A stretch of DNA of 64,000 nt from Terracidiphilus sp. (GCA_049522315.1 JBEKNY010000005.1:47550-111549), one strand, 5' to 3'; positions 1-7,995 are shown, counted from the first letter of the stretch. Notes: generated by a model from the sequence alone, not told the origin. A program made the numbers and translations.

Positions 1-1
1 C

Positions 2-727
2 ACAGATATCTCTGGCGCGCGTGCGCTCGCCGTCCTCGGCGACTCCGTGACGACCGATCACATCTCGCCCGCCGGCTCCATCAAAGCCAATGGACCGGCC
101 GGCCAGTATCTATCCGCCCACGGCGTCAAGCCCGCAGACTTCAACTCCTACGGTTCGCGCCGCGGCAACCACGAAGTCATGGTCCGCGGCGCCTTCGCCA
201 ATGTGCGCCTGCGCAACAAGCTCGCGCCCGGCACGGAAGGCGGCGTCACCCGCCTGCTTCCCGAAGGCGAGCCGATGTCCATCTTCGATGCCAGCGTGAA
301 GTATGCCGAGCGCGGCGTTCCGCTCATCATTCTCGCCGGCAAAGAGTACGGCTCCGGCTCCTCGCGCGACTGGGCTGCCAAGGGCCCAAAGCTCCTCGGC
401 GTCCGCGCCGTCATCGCCGAAAGCTTCGAGCGCATTCACCGCTCCAATCTCGTCGGCATGGGCATCCTTCCTCTGCAATTCGCAGCAGGCGAAAACGTCG
501 AGTCCCTCGGCCTCACCGGCGAGGAGGTCTACGACTTTCCCGGCCTCACCACGCTCCTCAAGGACCGCTTCGCCAACGGCCGCACGCTCCGCGTCAAAGC
601 CGCCGGCAGCGACGGCAAGGTCAGCGAGTTCTACACAACGGTGCGTATCGATACGCCGCGGGAGATCGAGTACTACCGGCACGGCGGCATCCTGCAGTAC
701 GTCCTGCGCCAGTTGGCGGCAAAATAG
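2..727 (+). CDS. acnA: Aconitate hydratase A, C-terminal part (5' end lies outside the window)
   Basis: The frame is open from base 2 ([25 protein letters not shown]). It contains [17 protein letters not shown] and [17 protein letters not shown] and ends [11 protein letters not shown], all typical of the AcnA swivel domain. Confidence 0.97.
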   Translation, partial: TDISGARALAVLGDSVTTDHISPAGSIKANGPAGQYLSAHGVKPADFNSYGSRRGNHEVMVRGAFANVRLRNKLAPGTEGGVTRLLPEGEPMSIFDASVKYAERGVPLIILAGKEYGSGSSRDWAAKGPKLLGVRAVIAESFERIHRSNLVGMGILPLQFAAGENVESLGLTGEEVYDFPGLTTLLKDRFANGRTLRVKAAGSDGKVSEFYTTVRIDTPREIEYYRHGGILQYVLRQLAAK

Positions 728-875
728 GGTTGGCGAGCTAACGCATTTCTCCCAATGGTGTATAGGGGTTCAAGACCGCAAAGTTGACGCGAACCCCAGT
801 GAGCGGCAACCTTCGAACCATTGAGCACTTTACAGGATTGGGAGAAATGCCTTAAGCCGCTCGGCGCCTGACCCT
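728..875. ncRNA. Candidate structured RNA or long hairpin element (unassigned)
   Basis: Perfect 14-bp inverted repeat (743-756 / 837-850) enclosing a GGGGTTC/GAACCCC hairpin (765-771 / 791-797). Imperfect outer pairing of 728-738 with 858-875. Confidence 0.35.
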
Positions 876-987
876 GTAGCGGGTCTCCTGCAGGTATAGA
901 CCAAGGCACAATCGCTAAGTGGCTTTTCATCAGAAAAAGCTGCCTTAACTACAGTCAATATGGCCATAGTTGCAGGAGGCGGTCGTA
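875..987 (+). mobile_element. MITE-like ~118-bp element, copy 1 (diverged)
   Basis: TAGCGGGTCTCCTGCA...CAAGGCACAATCGCTAAGTGGCTTTT...TGCAGGAGGCGGTCGTA, homologous to the copies at 7878, 22459 and 38701. Confidence 0.75.
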
Positions 988-1089
988 GGAGTCCCGGGTC
1001 GCTCGTACCTTCCTCTGGCCGGCGGACCGCCTTAACTCAGTGTGGCCGTTGGTTTTACTTTGTGCTGGGCCGCACTTGTATCGTGTGCG

Positions 1090-1215
1090 GGCCCAAGTTA
1101 TCTTCTAGTTAGTAACTGCCGATTACTTACTTTAGCCCATTGTCCCTCCGTAACTTGATTCTTCCGCCAATACTCCGCATTTCCCTTGACACTTGTGCAA
1201 ATTGTGACCTATAGC
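1090..1215 (+). promoter_or_regulatory. Duplicated upstream block with a sigma70-like promoter (TTGACA 1186-1191, TATAGC 1210-1215)
   Basis: About 110 bp nearly identical to 6585-6695. Canonical -35 with an 18-nt spacer to a -10-like hexamer. Confidence 0.55.
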
Positions 1216-1598
1216 CATTGCAGCAAGACGCCGTCATGCTTCCCGCGGTTGCAAAATTGCCTGAGGGCGCTTTCCCTGTCTCTTTGAGGTTTTTCCCAGC
1301 CCCTCTGCGGTATTTCTGGAGCAGTTTATTTGCGGCATTGCTGGAGTTGCGCCATGTGGCTTTTTCTTGAGAGAAAGCCGCATTGGGAAGCATGACAGGG
1401 ATAGCACGATCAGCTGAATCGCAACAGTATCGCTCACCTCACCCAGGCGCCCGCCGGGCTGGGTGGGGTGAGCCGCCGGCTGGCAGGCGCGTATCACCTG
1501 CCCTCCGGCTGTGCAGCCCGATGGCCCTGTTGATGCACGCAGGAATACGGAATGCAAGAATGCAAGAAAATTCGCGCCGGAACAAGGAGAATTGGCAA

Positions 1599-4500
1599 AT
1601 GAAAATCACCCGTATCTTTTCGCTATTCGTCACGTTGACGATTCTTGCGTGGAGCCCGTTCGCCATGGGCTCATGCGTCACAACCGTCGCTACAGGCTCC
1701 TGTCCAGCAAGCGGGGCGTACCCCCAGAGCTCGAGTTTCACCGAGAGCAATGGCTATAACACCTACGTCGACAATGGCGTAACGGGCGGGTATGGCGTCA
1801 CCCCTGAAACTCAGACGCTGACCGCCAACAGCGGCTCGAGCTGGTCCGTGTTGTCCGATTTTGGGGCCAGCACGCACCAGTTGGCTTTCCCCATCACCGA
1901 GCAAGCCTACAACGCCGAGACGGTGGACAACTTCACCAACATCGTCGCGACCGCCAATGATACCATTCCCAGCAACTCCGGCACCGGGGTAGAGGCGGGC
2001 CTCCTGATCTATCTCGATAGTTGGGGCAAACAGATCGAGATCCAGCACTACGTAGAGAACGAGTCGACCTGCAACGGCACCACCCCGGTAAAGACAAGCA
2101 TCCAATTTGGCGGGTCCTACGGCGTCCCGACCAATTCCTGGGACCTGTGCTACACCGGATCGATGTACTACTGGCAGATCGTCGGCAGCGGCAGCTCCTG
2201 GGGCTTCACCAGCGGCAGCATGGAGCTCGTCTCCATGATCAAGTACCTGGAGACCAACGGGTACCTGCCGACCAGCAGCACGCTCAACGACATGAGATAC
2301 GGCTTCATGATCTACACCACCACTTCGACACAAGAGACCTTCACGCTCAACAACCTCTCGATCCTCCACAACGTTTCTTCGGGCAGCCCGACCATCGCGC
2401 TTTCTCCCACCAGCCTCAACTTCAGCGCAACGGTGGGAGGAGGGAATCCATCCGCGCAGAATGTCACCGTGAGCAACTCCGGCGGCGGCACGCTGGCGTC
2501 CCCGACCACCTCGATCAACTACAGCCAGGGCAGCGGCTGGCTCAGCGTGAACTGCACGGGCAGCTCAGCTCCCTATACGTGCGCCACGCAGCCGGCTACC
2601 GGCAGCCTCGCGGCCGGAACCTACAACGCCACGGTGAGCGTCGCGAGTTCGGGAGCGACCAACACGCCGCAGACCTATACGGTCGCGTTTACCGTGAATG
2701 CGGCGCCGCCGGCCATCTCGCTTTCTCCCACCAGCCTGAGCTTCAGCGCCACGCAGGGCGGCGGGAACCCGTCCGCGCAGAACGTTACTGTGAGCAACTC
2801 CGGCGGCGGCACGCTGGCGGTTCCGACAACCTCGATCACCTACCACAGCGGAAGCGGCTGGCTCACTGTGACCGAACAGGGCAGTTCGGCCCCCTATACA
2901 TTGGTCACCCAGCCGGCTACCGGGAGCCTCGCCGCCGGGACCTACACCGCCACGGTGAACGTCTCCAGTGCGGGAGCGAGCAACTCGCCGCAGAGCTATA
3001 CGGTCTCGTTTACCGTGAATGCGGCGTCGCCGGCCATCGCGCTTTCTCCCACCAGCCTCAACTTCAGCGCAACGGTGGGAGGAGGGAATCCATCCGCGCA
3101 GAATGTCACCGTGAGCAACTCCGGCGGCGGCACGCTGGCGTCTCCCACCACCTCGATCAACTACAGCCAGGGAAGCGGATGGCTCAGCGTGAACTGCACG
3201 GGCAGCTCGGCCCCCTATACGTGTTCCACCCAGCCGACTACCGGCAGCCTCGCGGCCGGAACCTACAACGCCACGGTGCAGGTCTCGAGCGCAGGAGCGA
3301 GCAACTCGCCGCAGAGCTATACGGTCGCCTTTACCGTGAATTCGGGATCGGCGGCGATCGCATTTGTGCAGGTCAACGCCGCGACCGTCAGTAGCGCCAA
3401 CACCGAGACGCTCGCCTTTGCATCCAACACCACAGCGGGCGACATGATCCTGGTAGGGTTCGATATGGCCAGCGGCTCGCCTACCTCAGTTACCGACACG
3501 CAAGGGAACACGTTCGTCCAGGTCGGCAGTACGCTGACTAACCCGAATGGGCACCTGGCCGCGCTCTACTACGCCGCCAACATCAAAGGAGGCGCCGACT
3601 CGGTGACCGTTAACATTTCGGCCACCGCCAACTTCCTTCAGGAGTACCTGACGGAATACTCGGGCGTGGCCACAAGCAGTCCGATCGATGTACAGGCCGG
3701 CGCTGTAGGCAGCTCCAGCACGGTTTCCAGCGGCAATGCAACTACGACCGTCGCCAACGACCTGATCTTTGGCTACATGGACAACGGCGGCAGCGGTTCG
3801 GCGGGATCGGGCTTCATGCTCCGCTCCAACTTCAGCGGCAACGTGGTCGAGGATGAGGCAGCCGGCGCCCCCGGTTCTTATGCCGCCACCGGAACCGCCA
3901 ACGCCTCCTGGACGATGCAGATGGCCGCGCTCAAACCGGCGTCTACGGGCGGCGGGTCGCCGACCATCTCGCTGTCTCCCACCAGCCTGAGCTTCAGCGC
4001 CACGCAGGGCGGCGGGAACCCGTCCGCGAAGAACGTTACCGTCAGCAACTCCGGCGGCGGCACGCTGGCGTCTCCCACCACCTCGATCAACTACAGCCAG
4101 GGCAGCGGCTGGCTCAGTGTGAACTGCACGGGCAGCCAGGCCCCCTATACCTGCTCCACGCAGCCAACGACCGGCAGCCTCTCGTCGGGAACCTACAACG
4201 CCACGGTGAGCGTCGCGAGCACGGGAGCGACCAACACGCCGCAGACCTATACGGTTGCGTTTACCGTGAATCCGGTATCGTCGCCGACCATCTCGCTATC
4301 CCCAACCAGCCTCACCTTTACCGCCACGGCGGGCGGCGGGAACCCGTCCTCGCAGAATGTCACCGTGAGCAACTCCGGCGGCGGCACTCTGGCGGTCCCG
4401 ACCACCTCGACCACCTACCACAGCGGAAGCGGCTGGCTCAGCGTTCAGGTTCAGGGCAGTTCGGCCCCCTATACGTTGGTCAATCAGCCGACTACCGGGA

Positions 4501-5387
4501 GCCTTTCGGCCGGAACCTACACCGCCACGGTGAGCGTCGCGAGCACGGGAGCGACCAACACGCCGCAGACCTATAGCGTCACCTTTACCGTGAATTCGGG
4601 ATCGGTGTGCACCATAACCGCCGCGCTTGGCGTGTGTCCGTCGAGCGGGTTGTACTACGACACAGGGCTCAGCCCGACTACGTGGGGGCAAATCACGCAA
4701 AACGACGTGTGGAGCCCGCCTTCCACGTGGAGCCAGACGATGTATACGACCAACCCCGGGAACTGGTATATCGTAGCCAACTTCCCGACGGACAGCTCGG
4801 GAGCTATCCACTCTTACCCCAGCGCAGCGATTCAGTACTACGAGTCTGGACAGACTAGCGATCCCAACCCGACGCTGGACAGCTTCAGCGAAATCGTCGG
4901 CACGTTCTCGGAGACGGCCCCCAGTGCGTCGACGGGTGTAGTCAGCGATATTGGCTACGACATGTGGTTCAACAATTGGGCCAGCGAGATCATGATCCAG
5001 CACCAGAACATCAACACCGACGTGTGCACGGACTGGACCACCGTCATCGCCACCAACGTCCAATTCGGCGGGTCGAACGGCGTCCCGACACAGACCTGGA
5101 ACCTATGTCAAAACGGCACCTTTGGCTCGTCGAATCCGGAGCTCATCTGGCAGTACTATACGACTGCCGGCAGCAAGACTTTTGGCGAGAGCTCCTCGAG
5201 CGTGGACATCTACGCCATGCTCAAGTACCTGGAGGGCCACGCCATATGCAAGACCTCGAGTGGTACTACGGCCTGCCTGCCGTCGGGTAGCACGCTCACC
5301 CAGTTCGGCTATGGCTTTGAAATCAGCACCACGGACGGGGTAAACCAGACATTTACGGTGAACAGCTTGACACAGACCGCCCAATAG
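1599..5387 (+). CDS. Large secreted protein: signal peptide, degenerate GH12-like domain, five Ig/BACON-like repeats with one inserted beta-domain, C-terminal GH12-like domain
   Basis: AAGGAG RBS before ATG 1599, so the ORF-track start at 1383 is probably too early. Signal MKITRIFSLFVTLTILAWSPFAMG. ~107-aa repeats (LSPTSLxFSAT...GWLSV...GTYxATVxV). C-terminal YDMWF..EIMIQ and YGFEI resemble GH12 catalytic motifs. Confidence 0.8.
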   Translation: MKITRIFSLFVTLTILAWSPFAMGSCVTTVATGSCPASGAYPQSSSFTESNGYNTYVDNGVTGGYGVTPETQTLTANSGSSWSVLSDFGASTHQLAFPITEQAYNAETVDNFTNIVATANDTIPSNSGTGVEAGLLIYLDSWGKQIEIQHYVENESTCNGTTPVKTSIQFGGSYGVPTNSWDLCYTGSMYYWQIVGSGSSWGFTSGSMELVSMIKYLETNGYLPTSSTLNDMRYGFMIYTTTSTQETFTLNNLSILHNVSSGSPTIALSPTSLNFSATVGGGNPSAQNVTVSNSGGGTLASPTTSINYSQGSGWLSVNCTGSSAPYTCATQPATGSLAAGTYNATVSVASSGATNTPQTYTVAFTVNAAPPAISLSPTSLSFSATQGGGNPSAQNVTVSNSGGGTLAVPTTSITYHSGSGWLTVTEQGSSAPYTLVTQPATGSLAAGTYTATVNVSSAGASNSPQSYTVSFTVNAASPAIALSPTSLNFSATVGGGNPSAQNVTVSNSGGGTLASPTTSINYSQGSGWLSVNCTGSSAPYTCSTQPTTGSLAAGTYNATVQVSSAGASNSPQSYTVAFTVNSGSAAIAFVQVNAATVSSANTETLAFASNTTAGDMILVGFDMASGSPTSVTDTQGNTFVQVGSTLTNPNGHLAALYYAANIKGGADSVTVNISATANFLQEYLTEYSGVATSSPIDVQAGAVGSSSTVSSGNATTTVANDLIFGYMDNGGSGSAGSGFMLRSNFSGNVVEDEAAGAPGSYAATGTANASWTMQMAALKPASTGGGSPTISLSPTSLSFSATQGGGNPSAKNVTVSNSGGGTLASPTTSINYSQGSGWLSVNCTGSQAPYTCSTQPTTGSLSSGTYNATVSVASTGATNTPQTYTVAFTVNPVSSPTISLSPTSLTFTATAGGGNPSSQNVTVSNSGGGTLAVPTTSTTYHSGSGWLSVQVQGSSAPYTLVNQPTTGSLSAGTYTATVSVASTGATNTPQTYSVTFTVNSGSVCTITAALGVCPSSGLYYDTGLSPTTWGQITQNDVWSPPSTWSQTMYTTNPGNWYIVANFPTDSSGAIHSYPSAAIQYYESGQTSDPNPTLDSFSEIVGTFSETAPSASTGVVSDIGYDMWFNNWASEIMIQHQNINTDVCTDWTTVIATNVQFGGSNGVPTQTWNLCQNGTFGSSNPELIWQYYTTAGSKTFGESSSSVDIYAMLKYLEGHAICKTSSGTTACLPSGSTLTQFGYGFEISTTDGVNQTFTVNSLTQTAQ
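2390..4600 (+). repeat. Intragenic ~321-bp repeats (5 units) encoding Ig/BACON-like domains
   Basis: Units start near 2393, 2714, 3035, 3964 and 4288 and are highly similar at the DNA level. Confidence 0.9.
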
Positions 5388-5393
5388 TTGAAC

Positions 5394-5440
5394 GAGAGCG
5401 GGAGAAGCAAATCATCTTCTCCCGCTCTCACCCCTTTTTG
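5394..5440 (+). terminator. Rho-independent terminator after the large secreted protein gene
   Basis: Perfect 14-bp stem GAGAGCGGGAGAAG-caaatcat-CTTCTCCCGCTCTC followed by ACCCCTTTTTG. Confidence 0.8.
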
Positions 5441-5591
5441 TCCCAGTAGCATTCTGGGACCCCCGAGAAAACACCATTGCCGTCCCTTCCACGCGTTCCG
5501 GCAAAGCAATAGCAGCTCCATTGCGTACTGCGGAATGCACGGTGAAACGACTTAGCCGCGTGCTTCCGCAGGCGCATGAAAAGGAGAATCT

Positions 5592-6371
5592 ATGCAACAC
5601 CGGACAATTTCCCAAACCCTGTCATGGTTCGCCGTCGCATCCCTGGCGCTGGCGATTGTATTCTCGCCAGCCCGCGCCAACGCCTCGGGGGAATTCTGCA
5701 ACTCGTGGCTCTCGCCACTGACGACCGGCGGCTGGACCAGTTTGACGCTTGTGGTCGTAGGCGATATATCGCTGGACGACATCCAAGCCTCTCTGGCCCC
5801 TGGGCTCGATCCGTTCTATGCGTACAACCCGTCCACCGCCAAGGTCAGCATGTCGTACAACCCAGCCACAGGCAAGACAACAATCACATTCACTGGAGGC
5901 CCGCTTCCACAGGGCTTCACGAATATTCCGGGGCATGACCCGCATGTCGGTATTGCCAACATCACCAACGGAGGTTGGTGTAGCCTTATTACCTATACAT
6001 GGGGCAAGGCCGGCCCCCCGACAACCCAAAGTGGGCCCGCGGTCGGCGTCGAAAACAATAACGGCTTTCCGGCTAATCCAACGGGCTACTATATCCTCTA
6101 CCTCCAGTACACACAGGGCAGCCCAGCCACTGCAGGCGGCACATGGGCAGAAATCCCTTACAGCGGAAGCCTCCCGACGTGGACCCTCGTCACGGGCAAG
6201 GCCTCACCCTCCAACCCGGTTACCTTCAATAATGCCGGCTACTGGACCAGCACCACCGAGATTCCGCTGGACGAACTCAATTATGGCTATATGAATCCAG
6301 GCAGCCCGGCCTTTGGGAACGCGTGGCACCAGTTGGCCGATCCGCCCCCGCTCACTACGCAGGTGCCCTGA
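5592..6371 (+). CDS. Secreted protein of PEP-CTERM-like type; its sorting tail lies beyond the stop codon
   Basis: AAGGAG RBS. Signal peptide MQHRTISQTLSWFAVASLALAIVFSPARA. Ends ...TTQVP-TGA, followed in frame by SLVPEGGSGWRYLLLAGAVCCGALLF. Confidence 0.8.
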   Translation: MQHRTISQTLSWFAVASLALAIVFSPARANASGEFCNSWLSPLTTGGWTSLTLVVVGDISLDDIQASLAPGLDPFYAYNPSTAKVSMSYNPATGKTTITFTGGPLPQGFTNIPGHDPHVGIANITNGGWCSLITYTWGKAGPPTTQSGPAVGVENNNGFPANPTGYYILYLQYTQGSPATAGGTWAEIPYSGSLPTWTLVTGKASPSNPVTFNNAGYWTSTTEIPLDELNYGYMNPGSPAFGNAWHQLADPPPLTTQVP

Positions 6372-6460
6372 TCTCTTGTGCCCGAAGGCGGCTCGGGGTG
6401 GAGGTACCTGCTCCTGGCCGGGGCTGTGTGTTGCGGGGCGCTGCTCTTCGCGCCTCGCAG
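6372..6460 (+). other. In-frame VPEGG (PEP-CTERM-like) sorting signal and transmembrane helix after a UGA
   Basis: GTG CCC GAA GGC GGC at 6378-6392 is in the same frame as 5592..6371 and is followed by a hydrophobic helix and PR. Confidence 0.65.
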
Positions 6461-6584
6461 CGTTTTTGTCCCAGTAGTAGTATTCTGGAACTTCCGAGGA
6501 AACGCTTCTTCGAGCAGCCCGGCCATCTCGCTTGTCTCCTCATCTTCTCTAGACATTTATGAGGTGGGTTCTGGTATTGTGCAG

Positions 6585-6705
6585 GCCCCAGTTATCTTCG
6601 AGTTACTAACCTCCGATTACTTACCTTAGCCCATTGTCCCTCCGTAACTTGATTCTTCCGTCAATACTCCGCATTTCCCTTGACACTTGTGTCAATGGCG
6701 ATCTA
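6585..6705 (+). promoter_or_regulatory. Second copy of the upstream block; palindrome TTGACAC-TT-GTGTCAA overlaps the -35
   Basis: Near-identical to 1090-1200. Perfect 7-bp inverted repeat at 6680-6695. Confidence 0.55.
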
Positions 6706-6755
6706 GAGGTTGAAGACTGTAAGCAAATCCCCAATGACGAAAAGGAGGTTTCTCT

Positions 6756-7571
6756 GTGAGAAACAACTCTGTTTTCTCTCTCACCGTGCTAGTGGCGCTG
6801 GTTATTCTCGCTTCTAGCTCGTTCGCTATGGGCCAATATGTTTGCTCCACTTCCTCCGCGAGCGGCATCTGCGGACCGTACAACGACACGGATGTCACCG
6901 ATAATGGCGGCGGCAACTCCAATGTCCAGAACGACGTCTGGAACCCTCAAACCGGATGGTCGGAGACGCTGTACACGGTCTCCGAGGGGAGATGGTGGGT
7001 GGCGGCCAAGATGGCCTCGGGCTATACGGGCGTGCAATCGTACCCCGACACGGACATCCTGTTCAGCAGTTGGTTGCCGAGCGCCAATCCCAAAATCAAC
7101 AGCTTCTCCTACATGTACTCCTCGTTTGTGAGCACAGTACCCACCAGCTCTGGTACCATCGAAGACTCCGGCTACGACATGTGGTTCAACAGTTACGGCA
7201 ACGAGGTGATGATCCAGAACCAGGTCGTCAACCGCAGCGCGTGTACCCAATACATGACCGTACTGGCCACCAACCTCACCTTTGGCGGGACGCACGGCGT
7301 CCCATCAAATAAATGGAACCTGTGTCGGAACGGCGGTGCGGGTTCGGAACTCGTCTTCCAGTGGGTCCCGCCGACGGGCACCTCTACGAATTTTGGCGTC
7401 TCTTCCGGGACCGTGGACATCTACGGCATGCTCTCGTACCTGGGGACCAACGGGTACTTGGCGTCGACCTCCACGATTACCGCGATCCAATACGGTTTCG
7501 AAATTGGCAGCACGGGCGGCACAACCGAGAACTTCTACGTGGACGCCTTCTCGCTTACCGCCAGTCACTAA
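6756..7571 (+). CDS. Secreted GH12-like glycoside hydrolase (single domain)
   Basis: AGGAGG RBS and GTG start. Signal peptide. Motifs NDVWN, VQSYP, SGYDMWF..EVMIQ and YGFEI. Paralogous to the C-terminal domain of 1599..5387. Confidence 0.8.
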   Translation: MRNNSVFSLTVLVALVILASSSFAMGQYVCSTSSASGICGPYNDTDVTDNGGGNSNVQNDVWNPQTGWSETLYTVSEGRWWVAAKMASGYTGVQSYPDTDILFSSWLPSANPKINSFSYMYSSFVSTVPTSSGTIEDSGYDMWFNSYGNEVMIQNQVVNRSACTQYMTVLATNLTFGGTHGVPSNKWNLCRNGGAGSELVFQWVPPTGTSTNFGVSSGTVDIYGMLSYLGTNGYLASTSTITAIQYGFEIGSTGGTTENFYVDAFSLTASH

Positions 7572-7582
7572 GCGGGCAGGCA

Positions 7583-7603
7583 CTGTCAGCGCCTTGCTGA
7601 CAG
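7583..7603 (+). terminator. Hairpin downstream of the GH12-like gene (weak terminator candidate)
   Basis: CTGTCAGC-gcctt-GCTGACAG with no clear U-tract. Confidence 0.35.
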
Positions 7604-7700
7604 CGGCTTCCAGCTTCACCTGCACTGCGCGATCTGCCGGGAGCTTGGTCTGGAATACCACAGGGTGCGCTTCCGCACCACGGGCTAACGGCAGATCATT

Positions 7701-7744
7701 GAGGTGCACCTTCTGTTTCCTGGAGGTGCACCTCCTGTTTCCTT
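7701..7744. repeat. Two tandem 22-bp units, each containing the palindrome AGGTGCACCT
   Basis: GAGGTGCACCTTCTGTTTCCTG followed by GAGGTGCACCTCCTGTTTCCTT. Confidence 0.8.
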
Positions 7745-7877
7745 GCAGCATGAGGTTAGGCGAGGCCTACCGGCTGGCGGCACTGGTTGAAGGGCGGCTG
7801 GCGCGCGGTCTGGAGATACCGAACGGCGTGACGAGTAAGCGTCCTAAGTTCCCCTCTAACATAGCCATCGGGGAACT

Positions 7878-7995
7878 TATAGCGGGTCTCCTGCGAGTGT
7901 AGACCAGGGCACAATCGCTAAGTGGCTTTTTCATCAAGAAAAAGCTGCCTTGAATACTGTCCGAAATGGCTCATAGCTGCAGGAGAACCGCCGTA
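7878..7995 (+). mobile_element. MITE-like 118-bp element, copy 2
   Basis: TA-TAGCGGGTCTCCTGC ... TGCAGGAGAACCGCCG-TA. Imperfect terminal inverted repeats with TA at both ends. Confidence 0.8.

Noticed and set aside
743-850. tRNA or retron msr-msd interpretation of the hairpin after acnA
   Set aside because: No cloverleaf with T-loop and CCA end. The 80-nt interior is short for msr plus msd, and there is no reverse transcriptase in the window.
1383-1598. N-terminal extension of the 1334-aa ORF
   Set aside because: It precedes a clear RBS and signal peptide at 1599 and overlaps strong RNA stems, so it is treated as untranslated leader.
2390-4600. CRISPR or DGR interpretation of the long repeats
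   Set aside because: They are in-frame coding domain repeats with ordinary synonymous variation.
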